Positions 12,932 to 25,090 of a stretch of 37,121 nt of DNA are shown in pieces. The notes beneath the pieces are model-generated. The model saw only the letters and a program-made list of their open reading frames with translations. It ran no database searches and was not told where the DNA came from. Position 1 is the first letter of the stretch. Each line of letters opens with the position of its first letter. Origin of the DNA: Octopus bimaculoides (lineage: Eukaryota); assembly GCF_001194135.2 (NCBI RefSeq), contig NC_068981.1, positions 156,977,275 to 157,014,395 of the forward strand, in the 5' to 3' direction. The position numbers and the translations under genes were made by a program.

Positions 12932-13287
12932 TGTGTATATGCAATTTTGTCAGTTGGTGTCACTTTACTGGGAACACAGGCAACGAAAACTAGGCCTCGT
13001 CCAGAAAGCTGAAAACAAAGATATTACACATTTTTCACTTCTGCTTAAGCACAGTTTTCTTAGTTTCTAGAAACATCTGCTAACCCATATATGCATGTGC
13101 AGGATACATGCATGCAAATGTATGATACATACACAGACAGAGAAATACACAACATGTGTTTATGAGAAAATGTCAATAAAGAAAACAGTAGAAAATACAC
13201 ATTGATTTACTTCTGCACATGCATTGTCTATGTGGTTTCAACCAGCCTCTGCATATATATATACACACACACACACATATATATATA

Positions 13288-14035
13288 CGAGGGAAAGTCA
13301 AAATTTATCCACACTTTCACCATAACATATTCTTATTATTGTCACACTACCTCCTGTGCATGCATGCTTATAGTTGGTACTGTTGCGATCATATGATCAA
13401 ACTTTGAGCCTGATCCCACCATTTTTCTTTCTGGCTTTACAGTGTAAGCATGGTCACTCCACTAGCAATGTGCACCAAAGAAGAACAAAGAGCAGTGACC
13501 CAATTTCTCTGGAAAAGGGTTGTACGATCAACAGTGCAAGATACAGTGCTTTGCCGGCCAACAAACTGAAGCCAGCAATTCACACCAAATGCCAAAACCT
13601 ATTGTCAAGGGAAGTTTTGTTGTTGCATGATAATGCACACCCACATACGGCCGCCCAGACTGTTGAAACCATTAATCAATTAGGTTCAGAGGTGCTGGAA
13701 CACTCAGCCTACAACCCAGATCTTGCCCCTTCCAACTGTCATGTCTTTGAACCACTCAAAGATGATTTACGAGGTCGTAGACAATCACAGATTGCGCAGG
13801 CAGCTTTAATGATCTACACATTCAACACCACAAACCAGCTACTAAGATGGTTTACGAGTGGAGCATAAATGGTTGCACAACCAACCGAAAACCTTCTTCT
13901 TAGAGGGAATATGCAAGCTTGTGGACTGCTGGACCAAGTGCATTGAAAAGGAAGGAGGATATATAGAAAAATGACATATGTACATCCCTTGCTTTTGAAA
14001 AAACAAGAGTGCATACAATTTATGACTTTCCCTTG
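13288..14035 (+). mobile_element. Internally deleted mariner (DD34D) transposon relic
   Basis: TA-flanked imperfect TIRs (CGAGGGAAAGTCAAAATTT ... ATTTATGACTTTCCCTTG) inside a (TA)n tract. The N-terminus MVTPLAMCTKEEQRAVTQFLW (ATG 13450) is fused to LEKGCTINSARY...LLHDNAHPH...YNPDLAPSNCHVFEPLK, with exactly 34 residues between D and the mutated third D (now N). The C-terminus KWLHNQPKTFFLEGICKLVDCWTKCIEKEGGYIEK* follows a 69-bp insert. Confidence 0.92.
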
Positions 14036-14039
14036 TATG

Positions 14040-14097
<58 letters not shown>

Positions 14098-14472
14098 NNN
14101 NNNNNNNNNNNNNNNNNNNNNNNNNNNNNNNNNNNNNNNNNNNNNNNNNNNNNNNNNNNNNNNNNNNNNNNNNNNNNNNNNNNNNNNNNNNNNNNNNNNN
14201 NNNNNNNNNNNNNNNNNNNNNNNNNNNNNNNNNNNNNNNNNNNNNNNNNNNNNNNNNNNNNNNNNNNNNNNNNNNNNNNNNNNNNNNNNNNNNNNNNNNN
14301 NNNNNNNNNNNNNNNNNNNNNNNNNNNNNNNNNNNNNNNNNNNNNNNNNNNNNNNNNNNNNNNNNNNNNNNNNNNNNNNNNNNNNNNNNNNNNNNNNNNN
14401 NNNNNNNNNNNNNNNNNNNNNNNNNNNNNNNNNNNNNNNNNNNNNNNNNATATATATATATATATATATATA
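14036..14472. repeat. (AT)n microsatellite containing a 352-N assembly gap (14098-14449)
   Basis: Directly visible. Confidence 0.98.
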
Positions 14473-15049
14473 CATATACACACACACACATATCAGGTCA
14501 CTTTTAGTGCTACTGGTAACATGTAATCTAGTGCAAACCGGTCACATGGTAAGGGCGTTATTGACTAAATCAGCAACCCTACTACGCCTTCTTGGTAATG
14601 TGGGCAGTTTTTGTTGGACACCCTACAGGACAAAAAACAAAAACGGTCAAAAGAAGGATGAATACAGTGGAGTCAATGCTCAATCAACAGCTGGGAGTGA
14701 GAGAAACCGGTCTTTCTTTAGACATCTCTCTAGGAGAAATGAAACTGACATACCACCTGCAAATTTGTTTGTATCCAAGACTAGTTCTTCATTTCTGACA
14801 AATACACATGTTGTTTAGACAGTAAGACTGACCCAACACAAAGGGTTTCTTCACTTTAAAAAGATTCATGTACAAACAATGCTTGATTTTTAGCATCTCT
14901 ATTATGTGTTACATACTATGGCTGGCTATAGCCAAAAAAGGCGAAACAATCATTGAAAAATTCCATGATGGAATGGAGGCTTGTTTCAATATTAAGTTAC
15001 AGCCATCATGTGTGTGTGTGCGCACGTGCACGCGTGTGTGTGTAGGAGA

Positions 15050-15389
15050 CTGAGACTCCTGGCTGCTTGCTGTGTCAGAGAAGACATGTCAAGCTAAATA
15101 AGAGCATGATTGTCCTTGAATACAAGCATGACCCCGGCATCCCTCTCCTAATGAGCATTCCTAATGCTGCAGGCTCATGAGTACTAGGGCCACATAAAAA
15201 GCACCCTACCAGTGCTGCGTGAAAGCACCCTATACACTCTGTAAAGTGGTTAGCATTAGGAAGGATACCCAGCCATAGAAACTATGCCAAAACAGACATG
15301 AAGCCTGGACAGCTCTTCAGCTGGCCAGCTCCTGTCAAACCATCCAACCCATGCCAGCATAAGCATAAAACGTGGTTATGTGATGATGA
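15050..15389 (+). mobile_element. RTE 3' UTR fragment
   Basis: Shared UTR motifs (aaaagcaccc repeats, aggaaggatacccagc, ccatccaacccatgccagcat) and a GAT tail. Confidence 0.7.
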
Positions 15390-16145
15390 ATGGGGTTGGC
15401 CACACTTGCTCATGTAATTGATGGTTTGTTGGCTTTTATGAAACACATGTACATTATATAAAACATTAATGCCAATAACATTTTCTGTGTTCTTTTTTAT
15501 ATATGGTGCATAACCCTCAAACACAATCTTATCTGGAATTCTGAGGACAGTCCAACCATGATGGAAATAGCTGAGTGTGAAGTCAATCTACCATATATAT
15601 ATATATATATGTATGTACGCATATATGTACACACACACACACGTGTGCACGTACACACACACACACACATGAATATGTGTGTGGGTGTGTGTATGTATTG
15701 TTTGTGTACACAAATGTATGTATGTATATATACATATACATTCTATATATATATGTGTGTGTGTGTGTGTATATATATATACACACCATTTTATATACAT
15801 AGGATTTTAAATGCAAACAACTTATCAGGGAGATCATTTTTTACTTAATTTCGTTCATTAATCTTATCAGAAGATACAAGTTTATTTCTACTATCAGATT
15901 TTACTTTAACTTGGAAAGGGTTAAAATCCAATATTAGAAACCATAAAAACTCTAAAGATAAGTTCATATTTTCTGATAAAACTAATAACTCATATGAAAT
16001 AAATAGTGATCTGCAGGATAAGTTTCTTGCATCTAAATCCTGTGTATATTTATCTCTCACTGGGGGAGAGAGTACTTTTTTTGTTGATCCCACCAATAAC
16101 AGAAAAGTACACTATATATATATAGTGTGTGTGTGTGTGTGTGTA

Positions 16146-16372
16146 TATTATGCAGTTGAGAAGAGCTGTGTAAAGAAGTGCAAATTTCCAACTGTTGAGG
16201 GAACCTGTGGAAGAGGTAGACAAAGGAAGACATGGGATGAGGTGATGAAGCATGATCTTCGAATGTGGGGTCTCATGGAGGCGATGACAAGTGATCAAGA
16301 CCTTTGGTGATGGCTGTGCTTGAGAAGACTTGTCAAGCCAAGTGAAATTGTAACTGTGGCTAGTAACGGTGA
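16146..16372 (+). mobile_element. RTE ORF C-terminal fragment
   Basis: ORF 16125-16310 ends EKSCVKKCKFPTVEGTCGRGRQRKTWDEVMKHDLRMWGLMEAMTSDQDLW, a typical RTE C-terminus. Confidence 0.8.
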
Positions 16373-16373
16373 C

Positions 16374-16462
16374 ATACGACGGGCTTCTTCCAGTTTCCGT
16401 CTATGAAATCCACTCACAAGGCTTTGGTTAGCCCGAGGCTATAGTAGAAGACACTTGCCCAA
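16374..16462 (-). mobile_element. Composite-SINE core fragment
   Basis: Reverse of ttgggcaagtgtcttctactatagcctcgggctaaccaaagccttgtgagtggatt...gaagcccgtc. Confidence 0.75.
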
Positions 16463-16841
16463 TAAAAGAGCAATAAAGACAAGGATGAGAGAGTGCAATG
16501 TATAGTGAAAAGAAGAGAGAACCACTACCAACCTCAGTCATATTAGTAGCACTGTAAAACTGCAACTGAGTAGAGGGGAATGAATAAGTGGCATAGATGC
16601 CAGAAGTAAGAACAAGAAAAATTATGGACATAGACAAAAGGGGACTGGGTGACAGTGGTATGGGCAATAGACACCTGAATGATAGAGATATGTGGTGCAA
16701 CAGATAAGAGATTGAGGAGCAAGTGATATTGGCATTAAAGGGGTTAGGGTTATCAAAGAAGTCAATGATATAGACTAGATGGTGAGCAGATATGCATGCA
16801 TACTTACATGCTCACATGTACATAGCTTAACAACACCTGCT

Positions 16842-16852
16842 TGTGTGTGTGT

Positions 16853-16902
<50 letters not shown>
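16842..16902. repeat. (GT)n microsatellite, representative of many simple repeats
   Basis: Directly visible. Other tracts at about 1-32, 6196-6270, 11822-11858, 12897-12927, 15592-15790, 20966-21031, 36283-36420 and 37081-37121. Confidence 0.95.
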
Positions 16903-16904
<2 letters not shown>

Positions 16905-17784
16905 ATAGGCAGACAGATAGATAATGAATGTATAATTTAACTTCTAGTTTGCCGCACCTGGGCAAGGGATTGGGTCTTCTTCCACGTAGCATACTGCCAA
17001 TCAACGCATGTGCATTAATGTACATATGTGTAAGTGTATATATGAGTATATGTATTTATGAGAGAGAGAGAGAGAGAGGAAGTGTGTGTGTGTGTGTGTG
17101 TGTTAAGCATTTTGTTTATATCTTCATTAGGAACAAAGGAGGCTTTCTATGTATTTTGATCTTCTACTTTTCTGGAGCACAACATGGTGGTCTCTTCACT
17201 TCCTAAAAGTCTAGAACATCATTCACAGTATCATGAAGGATGTATTTTGATGTGTGTGTACGTACTCATGCATTAAAGCACACACCAGTGAACATTATAG
17301 CCTTATATTGTTCTTACTATAAGAAGCATCAATGAAACAGAAACAGTTACGACTAATCTCAGAGGCTTCAGGCTATTCAATAGAATGAACATATCAAATA
17401 CTGCCCCTACAGAATATGGCTAAATACTTCATTAATTACACTGAAAAAATATTTAGCTAATTAATTACATTTGTCTGAATTGAGTGAAGAAACTGTTTTC
17501 TTTCACAAATCTTATCCTGTACTGTAATAATATATTTTCATACTATATTACACTTTAGCTGTGAAATTTCATGAATGAGGAAACCATAAGCTAGAGGCAT
17601 TTTTTTCAACAGAATTCAGTATATATTCCTTACAATATGCTTTCATTAGCAATACATATTATCTACAGTGTTCCGTTTTACCAATATGAAGTCATATACT
17701 ATTACATATGTTGAGTATACTTTCATATACTTTCATATTCATCATCATCATGCATTAATAAATAGGGAAATATCAACTTATTAT

Positions 17785-18011
17785 TTAACCCTTTAGCATT
17801 TAATCCAACCCTATTTGACCCAAATATTCTACATGTTTTATGTTAAAACTGACCAGATCCAACCTCTTACACCTACCTACAATGTCATTCTAAAAATATA
17901 CAAACACACCATTAAAATCTTGAAGCCACAAAATGATGTGTGATTAATTCAAAACAATGTAAATAAATAATCATTAGATTAAACAAAGAAATCTGAATGC
18001 TAAAGAGTTAA
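17785..18011 (-). mobile_element. TTAA MITE
   Basis: Complete reverse copy, TTAACCCTTTAGCATTTAA ... TCTGAATGCTAAAGAGTTAA, about 350 bp upstream of the FReD acceptor. Confidence 0.85.
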
Positions 18012-18364
18012 ACAAAATGTGCACAATGCTGATATTTGGGCTTTAGTATTATTTCTGTTCAAAAAAACTGAAAGCAAAGTTCTACTAACAAGAATTCAGA
18101 CGTCACAGTAAAAGTGCATCTCACATAATAGCAGACAGCTGACTGTTTTTTTCTGCTGATTTCTGCTAACTACAGTATAATACATATTATTTACTTTGTG
18201 CAAGAGACAAAATTCAGGCATTTCCTTTTTCACAATGTAAAGTGATATAAAATCACAAGCAACAAATCATCTCAACTGCTCTCTAACTGTTTTTTACTTG
18301 TTTTTGTACTTTTTTTGTTTTTATGCAAATGAATAACTCAACTTTGTTGTACTTTATATTTCAG

Positions 18365-18996
18365 ATTGCCAAGATGTATATGAGCGAGGTCATACAGACA
18401 GCAGTGTTTACTACATAAAGCCTACTTACTCTTCTTGTCCTATTCCTGTATGGTGTGACATGGACACCCCACCAGGAGGATGGTTAGTCATTCAGAGACG
18501 ACTGGATGGTAAATTGTCATTTAACCAAGACTGGAAAACTTACAAAGATGGATTTGGTGATGTAATCCGAGAACTCTGGCTTGGTAATGACAATATTTTT
18601 TTGCTGACAAATCAAGCACATTACCAACTGCGTATTGATTTGTGGGACTTTCAAGGAAACCGTGTTTATGCAATATATGAAACCTTCAAGATAGATGGTG
18701 AACGAGACAGTTATAAATTAAACATAGGCAAATACAAAGGCAGTGCAAAAGATAGCTTCGGTAAACACAATGGACTTTTGTTTAGTACATCAGATAAAGA
18801 CAATGATAAATGGAGCCAATATCACTGTGCTAAAGAATGGGAGGCTGGCTGGTGGTTTACTAACTGTTGGTTTGCTATTCTCAATGGACCCTATTATGAG
18901 AAGGCTAATGTAAGCTATCGGGGTATATCGTGGAATGAATGGAAGCATGAGCAACTGAAGAAAACGGAAATGAAAATACAACCGTTTAAATCATAA
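18365..18996 (+). CDS. Terminal exon encoding a complete fibrinogen C-terminal-related domain (FReD/FBG; ficolin/angiopoietin/FREP-like protein)
   Basis: Pyrimidine tract and ttttcag acceptor at 18364. An in-frame TAA at 18334-18336 with no ATG means an upstream exon is required (phase 1). Translation: (D)CQDVYERGHTDSSVYYIKP...VWCDMDTPPGGWLVIQRRLDG...WKTYKDGFG...ELWLGN...FSTSDKDND...CAKEWEAGWWFTNCWFAILNG...EMKIQP. Stop TAA at 18994-18996. Confidence 0.95.
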
Positions 18997-19027
18997 CTTA
19001 AATTAGACTGTTAATACAAAAATATAA

Positions 19028-19136
19028 AATAAAATTATATAATACTTTGTTGACCAGTTTGAGAGTTGTATTTATTGTAAAACTTGAATAAATATGAGAC
19101 TTGTAAATATTTATATTTTTATCTGTTGAAAATAAA
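19028..19136 (+). terminator. Candidate polyadenylation signals of the FReD gene
   Basis: AATAAA at 19028-19033, 19087-19092 and 19131-19136, within 140 nt of the stop codon. Confidence 0.55.
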
Positions 19137-20488
19137 GTACAGCAAATATATGAAATAATGTGTAAGTTTGTCAATTACTACAATTATTGCAGGTAGTGAA
19201 ATAGGTAATTAAAAATATATATCTCTGATGACTATCAATTTTTTTAATTGGACTAATTTGGAGGAAGGCCCACAAATTTTGCAGGCTGCCCAAAACTGAA
19301 TACCAAAAGTCTTCAGCAAAAATTATTAGTTGATCTACATGAAATTTTAATCCCTCTATAAATGCTTCCATACATAATTCAAATAAATCAGTTTACAAAT
19401 GAAATTGTACAGAACACAGGCAAATAATTGGTTATCAACTTAAAATATCTAATGTCTTATATATCCATGATTAATGTTGATGTATTGTATTCTAATATTG
19501 TCAGTAGTTCTCTAGCATTAGATTATGATGTATTGTGATACAGCAACCAACATATATAGTGCTTGCAGCAGGAAGCTTTAAATAAGGAATAATAATGCCT
19601 TTTGTCTATTTTTTAAATGATTGTTGTCTGTAAGACTAGTTACAACACCTCAGAATTAGAAATAAGAATTTTGCAAATGTTTAACTGCTTGATGCATTTC
19701 TTTTTCCCAAACATCTATATTTCACTGCAGGAAAGAATTCTAGATAAGCCATAACACAATCTGACAATAACGAACAGTGCAACACTCATGCAGTGTTTGC
19801 ACAGCACTTGCAGTTACAATCCAAAAATAGATGAAAACAGAATAATAAAGTTAAGCATGATGAGCATAAGAATTATTCCTTTAAGTTAATATATATTTTT
19901 ATACATTTGTTGCCATCTAACACCACTCAACTTAAGCCAAGCATACCTAAGGTGTGTAAGTAATCAGATAAACGATTAGCATGATTCACAGGTCCAGCAC
20001 TTTAGGCATACAAAGCTTCTGTTTGGTGGAGAGGACTACAGGAAGCACTCCAACATGGATGCAATAGATTATTGTTCACCTACACTGAAGAAGGCTGGGC
20101 ACGCTGTTATTGCACCACTGTCCAGCCTGTCCTTGCATTACAGAAGATTTAGATAGTTGTTATAGTAAAGTGAAGTGGATTTGGTCAAAGTAAAACAGTT
20201 ATTTTCCTATACAATATTACATGCAGGTATGAAATGTACAATCAATATTATCAATACCATAGATGCACAGTGGCTACAACCCTGTAAATAAAATTCCAGC
20301 TCATCATTAATTTATTACCCATTATAAATATTCCAATGCATCTCAAATTTATCTCAGAACTACCTAGATATAAATTAAACATGAAACAGAAATATTTTGA
20401 TTATAGGTAACTGAAATTATTCTACAATAACTTTAAACTTAATTTTAAGCATATGGGTTGTAATAAGAGAAAATATTACTATGCGACT

Positions 20489-20609
20489 AAGAAGTTCACT
20501 CCAAGACCATGTGGTTAGGAGTATGGTCTTAATGTATGGACACTCAGTTGACATTCTCCACTATAGCCTTGTGAGTGGAACTGGTAGTCAGAAACTAAAA
20601 GCCTGTTTC

Positions 20610-20610
<1 letters not shown>
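20489..20610 (+). mobile_element. Degraded composite-SINE 5' half
   Basis: ccactatagccttgtgagtggaactggtagtcagaaact core with an internal deletion. Confidence 0.5.
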
Positions 20611-20640
<30 letters not shown>

Positions 20641-20641
<1 letters not shown>

Positions 20642-20965
20642 CAACATTGTTTAACATCTGCTTTCATGCTGGCATGGGTTGGATGGTTTGACATGGAGCT
20701 GGCTAACAAGGAGCTGTTCAGATTCCAACTGTCTGTTGTGGCATGGTTTCTAAGGCTGGATGCCCTTCCTGATACCAACCACTTAACAGAGTGTGCTGGG
20801 TGCTTTTTACATGCCACTGGCATGGGTGCATTAATGCAGCACTAGCACGGGTGCTTTTTAAGTGGCACCAGCACCTGAAAAGACAAGCCTGTATGTGTGG
20901 AAGACAGCAATTTTACTTAGCTTGACATATCTTATCAAGTACAGCAAATCACATCTCCTAGTCCC
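20641..20965 (-). mobile_element. RTE 3' UTR fragment
   Basis: Reverse copy of the same UTR, with three 26-bp internal units. Confidence 0.7.
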
Positions 20966-21034
<69 letters not shown>

Positions 21035-23732
21035 ATGTATGTATCTAAGCATGTATGGTAAACGTGCATGCTGATTGCAAGCAAATACCTAACCCTTCAC
21101 AGAAACAATATCATTCATTTGCAGTTTACTGCAAAAGCAAGTCTGGGATTCTTGATAGGTCTTGACATGTAAGTGCTAATTGTTAACAAGTGCATTAGAC
21201 AAAATATAAGATGATATATAAAATACTATCTCGATAAAATTATTTTAAAAAATTGTTTGTTAAATAAACGAAATGACATTGTTTAAAGTTGGCCAGTTGT
21301 AACTGGATACAAAATTGAATGCAAAAAAAAAATGGTGAAAATTTTACAATATAAGTAACCAACTAAAGAAAGGAATGACTTTCATACCCAATTATATACA
21401 CATTGGTAAATTAGGAAGAATAACAAAACAGAATATTGGAAAAGAAGCAGTATGTAAAATGTTACAAAACTTAAATGGGAAACAAAAGAGTGAAAAGTAG
21501 GATGGAATAATGTAGAAGGTAGCAAGAGAAAGAAAGAAATAAAAAAGAGAGAGAAGGAAGAAGAAATAACTATTTTATGCACATGGTTCCAGAAAAGAAA
21601 TACTCTGATATGCAGTTCCTTCTTATAAGTTCAAAATAAGCAGAGGAGTGGGCCAAATACTGACTAGCTGAAAAATGTGCAAATGCAGCTAATTTTTAAA
21701 AATTAATAATGTTACTGCATTCATCATAAACTGTACTAAATATGCATAACTATTAAAAGGAAATACTAATTTTTTATAAGTGTAAACACCTAATGCAGTT
21801 CCATACACACAGGATACAAAACTGTTTGGTATAGATTTAATTACAACTATTTGCTAAAGTAATGAAACAAAAATATAGGCCAACTAGAATGTCAGCGGAG
21901 GGGTACCATTTATTTATATTTATGCATTCTACAGTACAATATATTTAGACGAATTTAGAGTTGTGGAGCACCAGAGTGATTCTTTTAGTTTTACCATCTT
22001 GAACCAACGGAGAGCAAATGAATAAAAATTAGCACCAATTTTCCTCAGAAAAAATATCTCAAACCAAATTTGTTTCATGTAAGACATTTAAAAGCAAGAC
22101 TATAGGTAAGTATACTGAATAAAATAGAGAAACCAATCATTACAGCCAGGTAAAAAAATGTACATAACTTAAACATTTGATTGTTTGATAATTTTTTTTA
22201 TAAAAATGTATATTCTTATTAGCACATTCAAAAACTATACTTAGCTAGTTGTACTAGGAAGATTTTTTTTTAGTACTTTCTGACCCCTCTATATTTGTAC
22301 TTGTATAAGTATTTGTAGCAGCATTCACCTGGGATGGGTTGAGCCAGTTCCAACCATAGAATACACAACAATGTGAACAGAAGCAGACCACACTCAATAA
22401 TCACAGACATTCATATATCAATATGAAAGAGGTTTTATGATTCCATGTCCTACCACACCATGAAACTGTCAAGTTGAAAGCTGACCCATTTTTCACGTAG
22501 GTGGTCAAAGGCAACAATGATTGAACTTATGACATAAACAACTTAGCAAGCACACTTTTATAAATGACAAAAAATATTATTATTAATACTCTTGCTTTTT
22601 TCTTTTTCTACATTATCAACATAACTCAATACAATAATCTTTCTTCTTCACACACAATTTTCAAGTGAACGAAACAAAAGAACAAAAGACATGGTATTGT
22701 GTTGTTTCCTGAAACCAGATACTTCACCCTAGGTAGTTTAAGTGATATATTCAATCCACACTTAAGTATTGAGAAGTGCATCCAACAATAAAGAAACTAT
22801 TTGTGCAATCCATGCAAACACCCAAATGTAATAAAATTAATATTTTAGGAAAGCATACAAAAAATTGCTCTTTTATTCAAAAAGAAAAAAAATGTTACAC
22901 TTCATAACTTAACAGCAGTTTGATATAATTTATCTACTCCCAGCATAATCAAATAATGCAGATCATGGCCTTATCTAAAGAAGTTTGAAATGTCACAGAA
23001 TTTTAACTCTTTCAGGTAACTAAAATACTCAGAACACTGATTAGATAATCCACAGATCACTAAACTTCTCCATCTCATTTGTCTTCATATATATTAAGTT
23101 TTTTTTTTTAATCAATAAATCTGAGTGACAAAAGAATTATCTATAGCTAATAGAGAAGGGACATCTACACAGTATAACAATATTTTAAAATCAGGAGATT
23201 ATCAGCATCTGAAATCTACTAGACAAAACATGTGATTCTTGAATGCAATGAACAATCACCTTTATCACTTAAAATTAATCTCATCCAATAATTCAGATTC
23301 TACAAAACCACTGAAGAATTTCTTTCTCATATCACACACCCATGTGTATCATACACCAGAGAATAATAAGAAATGCAATCTTTTATTTTCCTTTAGCATC
23401 AGTGAGTTTTCCATTCTATCTGATACAAGAATGTTTCAACAAAGCCATCTGCTAGTTTCATTCAGCACAATCAAACTTGATGAGAAACTTTCCTACACAA
23501 CATCATAACATGTGTTGACAGAACCATATCCAAATCCTGTTCTTTTCAATCAGAATCTGAAAGCTCAGTCATTTCTTCACCCTCTCTGCTTCACTGAAGT
23601 TCCCTTACTTTCTTTCATTTTCTCTCAAATCACTAACAAACAACTCAAAATTTAACATTAACATCACTGCATTGTTATTTCTTTTTCCCTTGCTAATAAA
23701 AAGAGAATCATGGCCTTTCATTTGTAGACTAA

Positions 23733-24500
23733 CATCACCATCATCATCATCATTTAATGTCCGCTTTCCATGCTAGCATGGTTTGGACGATTTGACTGAG
23801 GACTGCCAAGCCAGAAGGCTGCACCAGGCTCCAATCTGATCTGGCAGAGTTTCTACAGCTGGATGCCCTTCCTAATGCCAACCACTCCGAGAGTATAGTG
23901 GGTGCTTTTACGTGCCACCGGCACGAGGGCCAGTCACACAGTACTGGCAATGGCCATGCTCAAAAAGGTGTTTTTTACGTGCCTCCTGCATGGGAGCCAG
24001 TCCAGTGGCACTGGCAACGTCCTCGCTCAAATGATTTTCTAATGTGCCACCACCACAAGTGCTAGAAGGCGACTGTGGTAACGATTACTCTCAAATGGTG
24101 TTATTTACGGGTCACTAGCATGGAAGTCAGACAGCTGCTTTGGCAATGAACACGCTCAGACAGTGCTGTTAGTGCTCCACTGGCACAGGCGCCAGTCATT
24201 GAGTATGGTCCAATTACAATTTCAATTCCGATTTCACTTGCCCCAACAGGTCTTCGCAAGCAGAGTTTAGTGTTCAATGAAAGAGAGGATGGCATGGGTG
24301 CCAGTCGTCGAATTCGGTTCGATTTCAGATTTCAAATTTCAAATTCCAAATTCACTTGCCTTAACAGGTCTTTGCAAGCAGAATTTTTAGTGTCCAATGA
24401 AGTAAAGATACGAATAAGTGAGCTGGCTACACTTCTGGCAGAGGTCACAGATTATGCTCTCACTTGCCTTGCCGGGTCTCCTCACCTACTGCATATTTCC
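23733..24500 (-). mobile_element. RTE-tailed repeat, long 3' UTR variant
   Basis: Starts with a (CAT)n tail, then ttaatgtccgctttccatgctagc. Homologous to 34885-35343. Contains an internal ~50-bp direct repeat (ttcacttgcc..aacaggtctt.gcaagca) near 24232 and 24351. Confidence 0.7.
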
Positions 24501-24760
24501 TAAATGTTATTGATGCATTAAGTAATAAGTAATGTAGCAGCCAGTCTTTTACTTGTTTTTGATATTGGTATTGGTGGTGTGGGCTTTAGGGTTAGGATTT
24601 TTCATTTACACATATTAGCAGTAAAATATATGTGACAATTTTCTTCATCTCAAAATTTTCCTCAATTTGTATAAACTTACATCTTAATTAGCTGTAGCAA
24701 CTAAAATACAAATAATTAAACAAAGTTCATAGATAATGAGATTTAAAAATTAATACTTAC

Positions 24761-24926
24761 CGGGCATTAATTTTTCTATTTTTACTGTCTTCTTTATTAT
24801 AAGCAGTAATTACTAGAATTTTCTTTAGCTCCACCATTTCATTGAGAATATTGGCAGTAACTGTAGGGTATGCGAGGTAGCGTTCTTTAACTACCCACTC
24901 ATCAAGTTCAGACATTGATGGTTCGC
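24761..24926 (-). CDS. TMX3: TMX3 internal exon, most 3' exon found
   Basis: Acceptor ttcttttgaaacag, 166 nt in phase 1-2 ((G)EPSMSELDEWVVKERYLAYPTVTANILNEMVELKKILVITAYNKEDSKNRKINA(R)), donor GTAAGT. Matches human DGDLSSWINRERFQNYLAMDGFLLYELGDTGKLVALAVI. All four exons are phase-compatible with no stop codon. Confidence 0.92.
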
Positions 24927-25090
24927 CTGTTTCAAAAGAAAAATTCCATGACAAATTTTGAAAACAATTTTATTTTTTATTTTTCAAGTCTACTTTTTCT
25001 TCATTTACACACACACACTCTGAAGCCATGTGTGTGTGTTGGGGGGGGGGGTACATTTGTATGTTCATATGTATGCATGCTCAAATGTAT

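Noticed and set aside
14497-14548. cag...ATG|GTAAGG mini-exon encoding signal-peptide-like SLLVLLVTCNLVQTGHM
   Set aside because: It ends in phase 0 while the FReD exon needs phase 1. It has no pyrimidine tract and lies in what may be a transposon end (ttttgttggacaccct near 14610-14625). Worth one look in RNA-seq only.
13814-14818. Long ORFs spanning the N gap, and the many (CV)n/(HT)n/(YI)n ORFs in the track
   Set aside because: They are open only because of Ns and dinucleotide microsatellites, and show no protein signal.
16738-16752. Telomere-like GGGGTTAGGGTTA (similar near 24586-24596)
   Set aside because: Fewer than three units, as expected by chance or from MITE-end decay.
19171-19371. 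Minus-strand 66-aa ORF (MEAFIEGL...LQISP) as a possible TMX3 C-terminal part
   Set aside because: It lacks the FGLP/TM motif and suitable splice sites. Most likely a chance ORF.
19975-20160. GC-richer island with a ~57-codon plus-strand open frame
   Set aside because: It has no recognisable domain, is below the ORF threshold and has no convincing splice pair on either strand.
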